Below, in pieces: positions 25,375-38,400 of a DNA stretch of 64,000 nucleotides (position 1 is the stretch's first letter; every line of letters starts with the position of its first letter). The position numbers and the translations under genes were made by a program. The notes under the pieces are model-generated. The model was not told where the DNA came from. It saw only the letters and a program-made list of their open reading frames with translations, and made no database searches. The DNA is from the human T2T-CHM13v2.0 reference genome, Homo sapiens. The stretch lies in assembly GCF_009914755.1 (NCBI RefSeq), contig NC_060929.1. The stretch is one strand, 5' to 3'.

Positions 25375-28300
25375 AAAAGGAAATATCTTCCTATAAAAAC
25401 TAGACAGAATGATTCTCAGAAACTCCTTTGTGATGTGTGCGTTCAACTCACAGAGTTTAACCTTTCTTTTCATAGAGCAGTTAGGAAACACTCTGTTTGT
25501 AAAGTCTGCAAGTGGATATTCAGACCTCTTTGAGGCCTTCGTTGGAAACGGGTTTTTTTCATATAAGGCTAGACAGAAGAATTCCCAGTAACTTCCTTGT
25601 GTTGTGTGTGTTCAACTCACAGAGTTGAACTTTCATTTACACAGAGCAGATTTGAAACACTCTTTTTGTGGAATTTGCAAGTGGAGATTTCAAGCGCTTT
25701 GAGGCCAAAGGCAGAAAAGGAAATATCTTCGTATAAAAACTAGACAGAATCATTCTCAGAAACTGCTCTGCGATGTGTGCGTTCAACTCTCAGAGTTTAA
25801 CTTTTCTTTTCATTCAGCAGTTTGGAAACACTCTGTTTGTAAAGTCTGCACGTGGATATTTTGACCACTTAGAGGCCTTCGTTGGAAACGGGTTTTTTTC
25901 CTGTAAGGCTAGACAGAAGAATTCCCAGTAACTTCCTTGTGTTGTGTACATTCAACTCACAGAGTTGAACGTTCCCTTAGACAGAGCAGATTTGAAACAC
26001 TCTTTTTGTGCAATTGGCAAGTGGAGATTTCAAGCGCTTTAAGGTCAATGGCAGAAAAGGAAATATCTTCGTTTCAAAACTAGACAGAATCATTACCACA
26101 AACTGCGTTGTGATGTGTTCGTTCATCTCACAGAGTTTAACCTTTCTTTTCATAGAGCAGTTAGGAAACAGTCTGTTTGTAAATTCTGTAAGTGGATATT
26201 CTGACATCTTGTGGCCTTCGTTGGAAACGGGATTTCTTCATATTCTGCTAGACAGAAGAATTCTCAGAATCTTCCTTGTGTTGTGTGTATTCAACTCACA
26301 GAGTTGAACGATGGTTTACACAGAGCAGATTTGAAACACTCTTTTTGTGGAATTTGCAAGTGGAGATTTCAGCCGCTTTGAGGTCAATGGTAGAAAAGGA
26401 AATATCTTCCTATAAAAACTAGACAGAATGATTCTCAGAAACTCCTTTGTGATGTGTGCGTTCAACTCACAGAGTTTAACCTTTCTTTTCATAGAGCAGT
26501 TAGGAAACACTCTGTTTGTAAAGTCTGCAAGTGGATATTCAGACCTCTTTGAGGCCTTCGTTGGAAACGGGTTTTTTTCATATAAGGCTAGACAGAAGAA
26601 TTCCCAGTAACTTCCTTGTGTTGTGTGTGTTCAACTCACAGAGTTGAACTTTCATTTACACAGAGCAGATTTGAAACACTCTTTTTGTGGAATTTGCAGG
26701 TGGAGATTTCAAGCGCTTTGAGGCCAAAGGCAGAAAAGGAAATATCTTCGTATAAAAACTAGACAGAATCATTCTCAGAAACTGCTCTGCGATGTGTGCG
26801 TTCAACTCTCAGAGTTTAACTTTTCTTTTCATTCAGCAGTTTGGAAACACTCTGTTTGTAAAGTCTGCACGTGGATAATTTGACCACTTAGAGGCCTTCG
26901 TTGGAAACGGGTTTTTTTCATGTAAGGCTAGACAGAAGAATTCTCAGTAACTTCCTTGTGTTGTGTGTATTCAACTCACAGAGTTGAACGATCCTTTACA
27001 CAGAGCAGACTTGTAACACTCTTTTTGTGGAATTTGCAAGTGGAGATTTCAGCCGCTTTGAAGTCAAAGGTAGAAAAGGAAATATCTTCCTATAAAAACT
27101 AGACAGAATGATTCTCAGAAACTCCTTTGTGATGTGTGCGTTCAACTCACAGAGTTTAACCTTTCTTTTCATAGAGCAGTTAGGAAACACTCTGCTTGTA
27201 AAGTCTGCAAGTGGATATTCAGCCCTCTTTGAGGCCTTCGTTGGAAACGGGTTTTTTTCATATAAGGCTAGACAGAAGAATTCCCAGTAACTTCCTTGTG
27301 TTGTGTGTGTTCAACTCACAGAGTTGAACTTTGATTTACACAGAGCAGATTTGAAACACTCTTTTTGTGGAATTTGCAAGTGGAGATTTCAAGCGCTTTG
27401 AGGCCAAAGGCAGAAAAGGAAATATCTTCGTATAAAAACTAGACAGAATCATTCTCAGAAACTGCTCTGCGATGTGTGCGTTCAACTCTCAGAGTTTAAC
27501 TTTTCTTTTCATTCAGCAGTTTGGAAACACTCTGTTTGTAAAGTCTGCACGTGGATATTTTGACCACTTAGAGGCCTTCGTTGGAAACGGGTTTTTTTCC
27601 TGTAAGGCTAGACAAAAGAATTCCCAGTAACTTCCTTGTGTTGTGTACATTCAACTCACAGAGTTGAACGTTCCCTTAGACAGAGCAGATTTGAAACACT
27701 CTTTTTGTGCAATTGGCAAGTGGAGATTTCAAGCGCTTTAAGGTCAATGGCAGAAAAGGAAGTATCTTCGTTTCAAAACTAGACAGAATCATTCCCACAA
27801 ACTGCGTTGTGATGTGTTCGTTCATCTCACAGAGTTTAACCTTTCTTTTCATAGAGCAGTTAGGAAACACTCTGTTTGTAAATTCTGTAAGTGGATATTC
27901 TGACATCTTGTGGCCTTCGTTGGAAACGGGATTTCTTCATATTCTGCTAGACAGAAGAATTCTTAGAATCTTCCTTGTGTTGTGTGTATTCAACTCACAC
28001 AGTTGAACGATGGTTTACACAGAGCAGATTTGAAACACTCTTTTTGTGGAATTTGCAAGTGGAGATTTCAGACGCTTTGAGGTCAATGGTAGAAAAGGAA
28101 ATATCTTCGTATAAAAACTAGACAGAATGATTCTCAGAAACTCCTTTGTGATGTGTGCGTTCAACTCACAGAGTTTAACCTTTCTTTTCATAGAGCAGTT
28201 AGGAAACACTCTGTTTGTAAACTCTGCAAGTGGATATTCAGACCTCTTTGAGGCCTTCGTTGGAAACGGGATTTCTTCATACTGTGCTAGACAGAAGAAT

Positions 28301-31300
28301 TCTCAGTAACTTCCTTGTGTTGTGTGTATTCAACTCACAGAGTTGAACGATCCTTTACACAGAGCAGACTTGGAACACTCTTTTTGTGGAATTTGCAAGT
28401 GGAGATTTCTGCCGCGTTGAGGTCAATGGTAGAAAAGGAAATATCTTCGTATAAAAACTAGACAGAATGATTCTCAGAAACTCCTTTGAGATGTGTGTGT
28501 TCAACTCACAGTTTAACCTTTCTTTTCATAGAGCAGTTAGGAATCACTCTGTTTGTAAAGTCTGCAAGTGGATATACAGACCTCTTTGAGGCCTTCGTTG
28601 GAAACGGGTTTTTTTCATATAAGGCTAGACAGAAGAATTCCCAGTAACTTCCTTGTGTTGTGTGTGTTCAACTCACAGAGTTGAACTTTCATTTACACAG
28701 AGCAGATTTGAAACACTCTTTTTGTGGAATTTGCAAGTGGAGATTTCAGCCGCTTTGAAGTCAAATGTAGAAAAGGAAATATCTTCCTATAAAAACTAGA
28801 CAGAATGATTCTCAGAAACTCCTTTGTGATGTGTGCGTTCAACTCACAGAGTTTAACCTTTCTTTTCATAGAGCAGTTAGGAAACACTCTGTTTGTAAAG
28901 TCTGCAAGTGGATATTCAGCCCTCTTTGAGGCCTTCGTTGGAAACGGGTTTCTTTCATATAAGGCTAGACAGAAGAATTCCCAGTAACTTCCTTGTGTTG
29001 TGTGTGTTCAACTCACAGAGTTGAACTTTGATTTACACAGAGCAGATTTGAAACACTCTTTTTGTGGAATTTGCAAGTGGAGATTTCAAGCGCTTTGAGG
29101 CCAAAGGCAGAAAAGGAAATATCTTCGTATAAAAACTAGACAGAATCATTCTCAGAAACTGCTCTGCGATGTGTGCGTTCAACTCTCAGAGTTTAACTTT
29201 TCTTTTCATTCAGCAGTTTGGAAACACTCTGTTTGTAAAGTCTGCACGTGGATATTTTGACCACTTAGAGGCCTTCGTTGGAAACGGGTTTTTTTCCTGT
29301 AAGGCTAGACAGAAGAATTCCCAGTAACTTCCTTGTGTTGTGTACATTCAACTCACAGAGTTGAACGTTCCCTTAGACAGAGCAGATTTGAAACACTCTT
29401 TTTGTGCAATTGGCAAGTGGAGATTTCAAGCGCGTTGAGGTCAATGGCAGAAAAGGAAATATCTTCGTTTCAAAACTAGACAGAATCATTCCCACAAACT
29501 GCGTTGTGATGTGTTCGTTCATCTCACAGAGTTTAACCTTTCTTTTCATAGAGCAGTTAGGAAACAGTCTGTTTGTAAATTCTGTAAGTGGATATTCTGA
29601 CATCTTGTGGCCTTCGTTGGAAACGGGATTTCTTCATATTCTGCTAGACAGAAGAATTCTCAGAATCTTCCTTGTGTTGTGTGTATTCAACTCACAGAGT
29701 TGAACGATGGTTTACACAGAGCAGATTTGAAACACTCTTTTTGTGGAATTTGCAAGTGGAGATTTCAGCCGCTTTGAGGTCAATGGTAGAAAAGGGAATA
29801 TCTTCCTATAAAAACTAGACAGAATGATTCTCAGAAACTCCTTTGTGATGTGTGCGTTCAACTCACAGAGTTTAACCTTTCTTTTCATAGAGCAGTTAGG
29901 AAACACTCTGTTTGTAAAGTCTGCAAGTGGATATTCAGACCTCTTTGAGGCCTTCGTTGGAAACGGGTTTTTTTCATATAAGGCTAGACAGAAGAATTCC
30001 CAGTAACTTCCTTGTGTTGTGTGTGTTCAACTCACAGAGTTGAACTTTGATTTACACAGAGCAGATTTGAAACACTCTTTTTGTGGAATTTGCAAGTGGA
30101 GATTTCAAGCGCTTTGAGGCCAAAGGCAGAAAAGGAAATATCTTCGTATAAAAACTAGACAGAATCATTCTCAGAAACTGCTCTGCGATGTGTGCGTTCA
30201 ACTCTCAGAGTTTAACTTTTCTTTTCATTCAGCAGTTTGGAAACACTCTGTTTGTAAAGTCTGCACGTGGATATTTTGACCACTTAGAGGCCTTCGTTGG
30301 AAACGGGTTTTTTTCCTGTAAGGCTAGACAGAAGAATTCCCAGTAACTTCCTTGTGTTGTGTACATTCAACTCACAGAGTTGAACGTTCCCTTAGACAGA
30401 GCAGATTTGAAACACTCTTTTTGTGCAATTGGCAAGTGGAGATTTCAAGCGCGTTGAGGTCAATGGCAGAAAAGGAAATATCTTCGTTTCAAAACTAGAC
30501 AGAATCATTCCCACAAACTGCGTTGTGATGTGTTCGTTCATCTCACAGAGTTTAACCTTTCTTTTCATAGAGCAGTTAGGAAACAGTCTGTTTGTCAATT
30601 CTGTAAGTGGATATTCTGACATCTTGTGGCCTTCGTTGGAAACGGGATTTCTTCATATTCTGCTAGACAGAAGAATTCTCAGAATCTTCCTTGTGTTGTG
30701 TGTATTCAACTCACAGAGTTGAACGATGGTTTACACAGAGCAGATTTGAAACACTCTTTTTGTGGAATTTGCAAGTGGAGATTTCAGCCGCTTTGAAGTC
30801 AAAGTAGAAAAGGAAATATCTTCCTATAAAAACTAGACAGAATGATTCTCAGAAACTCCTTTGTGATGTGTGCGTTCAACTCACAGAGTTTAACCTTTCT
30901 TTTCATAGAGCAGTTAGGAAACACTCTGTTTGTAAAGTCTGCAAGTGGATATTCAGACCTCTTTGAGGCCTTCGTTGGAAACGGGTTTTTTTCATATAAG
31001 GCTAGACAGAAGAATTCCCAGTAACTTCCTTGTGTTGTGTGTGTTCAACTCACAGAGTTGAACTTTCATTTACACAGAGCAGATTTGAAACACTCTTTTT
31101 GTGGAATTTGCAAGTGGAGATTTCAAGCGCTTTGAGGCCAAAGGCAGAAAAGGAAATATCTTCGTATAAAAACTAGACAGAATCATTCTCAGAAACTGCT
31201 CTGCGATGTGTGCGTTCAACTCTCAGAGTTTAACTTTTCTTTTCATTCAGCAGTTTGGAAACACTCTGTTTGTAAAGTCTGCACGTGGATATTTTGACCA

Positions 31301-34300
31301 CTTAGAGGCCTTCGTTGGAAACGGGTTTTTTTCCTGTAAGGCTAGACAGAAGAATTCCCAGTAACTTCCTTGTGTTGTGTACATTCAACTCACAGAGTTG
31401 AACGTTCCCTTAGACAGAGCAGATTTGAAACACTCTTTTTGTGCAATTGGCAAGTGGAGATTTCAAGCGCTTTAAGGTCAATGGCAGAAAAGGAAATATC
31501 TTCGTTTCAAAACTAGACAGAATCATTACCACAAACTGCGTTGTGATGTGTTCGTTCATCTCACAGAGTTTAACCTTTCTTTTCATAGAGCAGTTAGGAA
31601 ACAGTCTGTTTGTAAATTCTGTAAGTGGATATTCTGACATCTTGTGGCCTTCGTTGGAAACGGGATTTCTTCATATTCTGCTAGACAGAAGAATTCTCAG
31701 AATCTTCCTTGTGTTGTGTGTATTCAACTCACAGAGTTGAACGATGGTTTACACAGAGCAGATTTGAAACACTCTTTTTGTGGAATTTGCAAGTGGAGAT
31801 TTCAGCCGCTTTGAGGTCAATGGTAGAAAAGGAAATATCTTCCTATAAAAACTAGACAGAATGATTCTCAGAAACTCCTTTGTGATGTGTGCGTTCAACT
31901 CACAGAGTTTAACCTTTCTTTTCATAGAGCAGTTAGGAAACACTCTGTTTGTAAAGTCTGCAAGTGGATATTCAGACCTCTTTGAGGCCTTCGTTGGAAA
32001 CGGGTTTTTTTCATATAAGGCTAGACAGAAGAATTCCCAGTAACTTCCTTGTGTTGTGTGTGTTTAACTCACAGAGTTGAACTTTCATTTACACAGAGCA
32101 GATTTGAAACACTCTTTTTGTGGAATTTGCAGGTGGAGATTTCAAGCGCTTTGAGGCCAAAGGCAGAAAAGGAAATATCTTCGTATAAAAACTAGACAGA
32201 ATCATTCTCAGAAACTGCTCTGCGATGTGTGCGTTCAACTCTCAGAGTTTAACTTTTCTTTTCATTCAGCAGTTTGGAAACACTCTGTTTGTAAAGTCTG
32301 CACGTGGATAATTTGACCACTTAGAGGCCTTCGTTGGAAACGGGTTTTTTTCATGTAAGGCTAGACAGAAGAATTCTCAGTAACTTCCTTGTGTTGTGTG
32401 TATTCAACTCACAGAGTTGAACGATCCTTTACACAGAGCAGACTTGTAACACTCTTTTTGTGGAATTTGCAAGTGGAGATTTCAGCCGCTTTGAAGTCAA
32501 AGGTAGAAAAGGAAATATCTTCCTATAAAAACTAGACAGAATGATTCTCAGAAACTCCTTTGTGATGTGTGCGTTCAACTCACAGAGTTTAACCTTTCTT
32601 TTCATAGAGCAGTTAGGAAACACTCTGCTTGTAAAGTCTGCAAGTGGATATTCAGCCCTCTTTGAGGCCTTCGTTGGAAACGGGTTTTTTTCATATAAGG
32701 CTAGACAGAAGAATTCCCAGTAACTTCCTTGTGTTGTGTGTGTTCAACTCACAGAGTTGAACTTTGATTTACACAGAGCAGATTTGAAACACTCTTTTTG
32801 TGGAATTTGCAAGTGGAGATTTCAAGCGCTTTGAGGCCAAAGGCAGAAAAGGAAATATCTTCGTATAAAAACTAGACAGAATCATTCTCAGAAACTGCTC
32901 TGCGATGTGTGCGTTCAACTCTCAGAGTTTAACTTTTCTTTTCATTCAGCAGTTTGGAAACACTCTGTTTGTAAAGTCTGCACGTGGATATTTTGACCAC
33001 TTAGAGGCCTTCGTTGGAAACGGGTTTTTTTCCTGTAAGGCTAGACAAAAGAATTCCCAGTAACTTCCTTGTGTTGTGTACATTCAACTCACAGAGTTGA
33101 ACGTTCCCTTAGACAGAGCAGATTTGAAACACTCTTTTTGTGCAATTGGCAAGTGGAGATTTCAAGCGCTTTAAGGTCAATGGCAGAAAAGGAAGTATCT
33201 TCGTTTCAAAACTAGACAGAATCATTCCCACAAACTGCGTTGTGATGTGTTCGTTCATCTCACAGAGTTTAACCTTTCTTTTCATAGAGCAGTTAGGAAA
33301 CACTCTGTTTGTAAATTCTGTAAGTGGATATTCTGACATCTTGTGGCCTTCGTTGGAAACGGGATTTCTTCATATTCTGCTAGACAGAAGAATTCTCAGA
33401 ATCTTCCTTGTGTTGTGTGTATTCAACTCACACAGTTGAACGATGGTTTACACAGAGCAGATTTGAAACACTCTTTTTGTGGAATTTGCAAGTGGAGATT
33501 TCAGCCGCTTTGAGGTCAATGGTAGAAAAGGAAATATCTTCGTATAAAAACTAGACAGAATGATTCTCAGAAACTCCTTTGTGATGTGTGCGTTCAACTC
33601 ACAGAGTTTAACCTTTCTTTTCATAGAGCAGTTAGGAAACACTCTGTTTGTAAACTCTGCAAGTGGATATTCAGACCTCTTTGAGGCCTTCGTTGGAAAC
33701 GGGATTTCTTCATACTGTGCTAGACAGAAGAATTCTCAGTAACTTCCTTGTGTTGTGTGTATTCAACTCACAGAGTTGAACGATCCTTTACACAGAGCAG
33801 ACTTGGAACACTCTTTTTGTGGAATTTGCAAGTGGAGATTTCTGCCGCGTTGAGGTCAATGGTAGAAAAGGAAATATCTTCGTATAAAAACTAGACAGAA
33901 TGATTCTCAGAAACTCCTTTGAGATGTGTGTGTTCAACTCACAGTTTAACCTTTCTTTTCATAGAGCAGTTAGGAATCACTCTGTTTGTAAAGTCTGCAA
34001 GTGGATATACAGACCTCTTTGAGGCCTTCGTTGGAAACGGGTTTTTTTCATATAAGGCTAGACAGAAGAATTCCCAGTAACTTCCTTGTGTTGTGTGTGT
34101 TCAACTCACAGAGTTGAACTTTCATTTACACAGAGCAGATTTGAAACACTCTTTTTGTGGAATTTGCAAGTGGAGATTTCAGCCGCTTTGAAGTCAAATG
34201 TAGAAAAGGAAATATCTTCCTATAAAAACTAGACAGAATGATTCTCAGAAACTCCTTTGTGATGTGTGCGTTCAACTCACAGAGTTTAACCTTTCTTTTC

Positions 34301-35481
34301 ATAGAGCAGTTAGGAAACACTCTGTTTGTAAAGTCTGCAAGTGGATATTCAGCCCTCTTTGAGGCCTTCGTTGGAAACGGGTTTTTTTCATATAAGGCTA
34401 GACAGAAGAATTCCCAGTAACTTCCTTGTGTTGTGTGTGTTCAACTCACAGAGTTGAACTTTGATTTACACAGAGCAGATTTGAAACACTCTTTTTGTGG
34501 AATTTGCAAGTGGAGATTTCAAGCGCTTTGAGGCCAAAGGCAGAAAAGGAAATATCTTCGTATAAAAACTAGACAGAATCATTCTCAGAAACTGCTCTGC
34601 GATGTGTGCGTTCAACTCTCAGAGTTTAACTTTTCTTTTCATTCAGCAGTTTGGAAACACTCTGTTTGTAAAGTCTGCACGTGGATATTTTGACCACTTA
34701 GAGGCCTTCGTTGGAAACGGGTTTTTTTCCTGTAAGGCTAGACAGAAGAATTCCCAGTAACTTCCTTGTGTTGTGTACATTCAACTCACAGAGTTGAACG
34801 TTCCCTTAGACAGAGCAGATTTGAAACACTCTTTTTGTGCAATTGGCAAGTGGAGATTTCAAGCGCGTTGAGGTCAATGGCAGAAAAGGAAATATCTTCG
34901 TTTCAAAACTAGACAGAATCATTCCCACAAACTGCGTTGTGATGTGTTCGTTCATCTCACAGAGTTTAACCTTTCTTTTCATAGAGCAGTTAGGAAACAG
35001 TCTGTTTGTAAATTCTGTAAGTGGATATTCTGACATCTTGTGGCCTTCGTTGGAAACGGGATTTCTTCATATTCTGCTAGACAGAAGAATTCTCAGAATC
35101 TTCCTTGTGTTGTGTGTATTCAACTCACAGAGTTGAACGATGGTTTACACAGAGCAGATTTGAAACACTCTTTTTGTGGAATTTGCAAGTGGAGATTTCA
35201 GCCGCTTTGAGGTCAATGGTAGAAAAGGGAATATCTTCCTATAAAAACTAGACAGAATGATTCTCAGAAACTCCTTTGTGATGTGTGCGTTCAACTCACA
35301 GAGTTTAACCTTTCTTTTCATAGAGCAGTTAGGAAACACTCTGTTTGTAAAGTCTGCAAGTGGATATTCAGACCTCTTTGAGGCCTTCGTTGGAAACGGG
35401 TTTTTTTCATATAAGGCTAGACAGAAGAATTCCCAGTAACTTCCTTGTGTTGTGTGTGTTCAACTCACAGAGTTGAACTTT
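25375..35481 (+). repeat. Duplication at offset 5433 bp (32 monomers; about 25375-30048 and 30808-35481)
   Basis: Seen: CATTACCAC, GACAAAAGAA, GGAAGTATC, TTGGAACAC, a 2-bp deletion (CACAGTTT), GATATACAG and AAAGGGAATA all recur at +5433. Confidence 0.92.
29030..31740 (+). repeat. Run of hexamer HORs (1019 and 1018 bp spacing)
   Basis: Seen: Z landmarks at 29373, 30392 and 31410. Confidence 0.85.
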
Positions 35482-38400
35482 CATTTACACAGAGCAGATT
35501 TGAAACACTCTTTTTGTGGAATTTGCAGGTGGAGATTTCAAGCGCTTTGAGGCCAAAGGCAGAAAAGGAAATATCTTCGTATAAAAACTAGACAGAATCA
35601 TTCTCAGAAACTGCTCTGCGATGTGTGCGTTCAACTCTCAGAGTTTAACTTTTCTTTTCATTCAGCAGTTTGGAAACACTCTGTTTGTAAAGTCTGCACG
35701 TGGATAATTTGACCACTTAGAGGCCTTCGTTGGAAACGGGTTTTTTTCATGTAAGGCTAGACAGAAGAATTCTCAGTAACTTCCTTGTGTTGTGTGTATT
35801 CAACTCACAGAGTTGAACGATCCTTTACACAGAGCAGACTTGTAACCCTCTTTTTGTGGAATTTGCAAGTGGAGATTTCAGCCGCTTTGAAGTCAAAGGT
35901 AGAAAAGGAAATATCTTCCTATAAAAACTAGACAGAATGATTCTCAGAAACTCCTTTGTGATGTGTGCGTTCAACTCACAGAGTTTAACCTTTCTTTTCA
36001 TAGAGCAGTTAGGAAACACTCTGCTTGTAAAGTCTGCAAGTGGATATTCAGCCCTCTTTGAGGCCTTCGTTGGAAACGGGTTTTTTTCATATAAGGCTAG
36101 ACAGAAGAATTCCCAGTAACTTCCTTGTGTTGTGTGTGTTCAACTCACAGAGTTGAACTTTGATTTACACAGAGCAGATTTGAAACACTCTTTTTGTGGA
36201 ATTTGCAAGTGGAGATTTCAAGCGCTTTGAGGCCAAAGGCAGAAAAGGAAATATCTTCGTATAAAAACTAGACAGAATCATTCTCAGAAACTGCTCTGCG
36301 ATGTGTGCGTTCAACTCTCAGAGTTTAACTTTTCTTTTCATCCAGCAGTTTGGAAACACTCTGTTTGTAAAGTCTGCACGTGGATATTTTGACCACTTAG
36401 AGGCCTTCGTTGGAAACGGGTTTTTTTCCTGTAAGGCTAGACAAAAGAATTCCCAGTAACTTCCTTGTGTTGTGTACATTCAACTCACAGAGTTGAACGT
36501 TCCCTTAGACAGAGCAGATTTGAAACACTCTTTTTGTGCAATTGGCAAGTGGAGATTTCAAGCGCTTTAAGGTCAATGGCAGAAAAGGAAATATCTTCGT
36601 TTCAAAACTAGACAGAATCATTCCCACAAACTGCGTTGTGATGTGTTCGTTCATCTCACAGAGTTTAACCTTTCTTTTCATAGAGCAGTTAGGAAACACT
36701 CTGTTTGTAAATTCTGTAAGTGGATATTCTGACATCTTGTGGCCTTCGTTGGAAACGGGATTTCTTCATATTCTGCTAGACAGAAGAATTCTCAGAATCT
36801 TCCTTGTGTTGTGTGTATTCAACTCACACAGTTGAACGATGGTTTACACAGAGCAGATTTGAAACACTCTTTTTGTGGAATTTGCAAGTGGAGATTTCTG
36901 CCGCGTTGAGGTCAATGGTAGAAAAGGAAATATCTTCGTATAAAAACTAGACAGAATGATTCTCAGAAACTCCTTTGTGATGTGTGCGTTCAACTCACAG
37001 AGTTTAACCTTTCTTTTCATAGAGCAGTTAGGAATCACTCTGTTTGTAAAGTCTGCAAGTGGATATTCAGACCTCTTTGAGGCCTTCGTTGGAAACGGGT
37101 TTTTTTCATATAAGGCTAGACAGAAGAATTCCCAGTAACTTCCTTGTGTTGTGTGTGTTCAACTCACAGAGTTGAACTTTCATTTACACAGAGCAGATTT
37201 GAAACACTCTTTTTGTGGAATTTGCAAGTGGAGATTTCAAGCGCTTTGAGGCCAAAGGCAGAAAAGGAAATATCTTCGTATAAAAACTAGACAGAATCAT
37301 TCTCAGAAACTGCTCTGCGATGTGTGCGTTCAACTCTCAGAGTTTAACTTTTCTTTTCATTCAGCAGTTTGGAAACACTCTGTTTGTAAAGTCTGCACGT
37401 GGATATTTTGACCACTTAGAGGCCTTCGTTGCAAACGGGTTTTTTTCCTGTAAGGCTAGACAGAAGAATTCCCAGTAACTTCCTTGTGTTGTGTACATTC
37501 AACTCACAGAGTTGAACGTTCCCTTAGACAGAGCAGATTTGAAACACTCTTTTTGTGCAATTGGCAAGTGGAGATTTCAAGCGCTTTAAGGTCAATGGCA
37601 GAAAAGGAAATATCTTCGTTTCAAAACTAGACAGAATCATTCCCACAAACTGCGTTGTGATGTGTTCGTTCATCTCACAGAGTTTAACCTTTCTTTTCAT
37701 AGAGCAGTTAGGAAACAGTCTGTTTGTAAATTCTGTAAGTGGATATTCTGACATCTTGTGGCCTTCGTTGGAAACGGGATTTCTTCATATTCTGCTAGAC
37801 AGAAGAATTCTCAGAATCTTCCTTGTGTTGTGTGTATTCAACTCACAGAGTTGAACGATGGTTTACACAGAGCAGATTTGAAACACTCTTTTTGTGGAAT
37901 TTGCAAGTGGAGATTTCAGCCGCTTTGAGGTCAATGGTAGAAAAGGAAATATCTTCCTATAAAAACTAGACAGAATGATTCTCAGAAACTCCTTTGTGAT
38001 GTGTGCGTTCAACTCACAGAGTTTAACCTTTCTTTTCATAGAGCAGTTAGGAAACACTCTGTTTGTAAACTCTGCAAGTGGATATTCAGACCTCTTTGAG
38101 GCCTTCGTTGGAAACGGGTTTTTTTCATATAAGGCTAGACAGAAGAATTCCCAGTAACTTCCTTGTGTTGTGTGTGTTCAACTCACAGAGTTGAACTTTC
38201 ATTTACACAGAGCAGATTTGAAACACTCTTTTTGTGGAATTTGCAGGTGGAGATTTCAAGCGCTTTGAGGCCAAAGGCAGAAAAGGAAATATCTTCGTAT
38301 AAAAACTAGACAGAATCATTCTCAGAAACTGCTCTGCGATGTGTGCGTTCAACTCTCAGAGTTTAACTTTGCTTTTCATTCAGCAGTTTGGAAACACTCT

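Noticed and set aside
37424-37440. Variant CENP-B box CTTCGTTGCAAACGGGT (also ATTCG... at 45238 and 52714)
   Set aside because: Changes are at non-essential positions 9 and 1, so these are not called broken.
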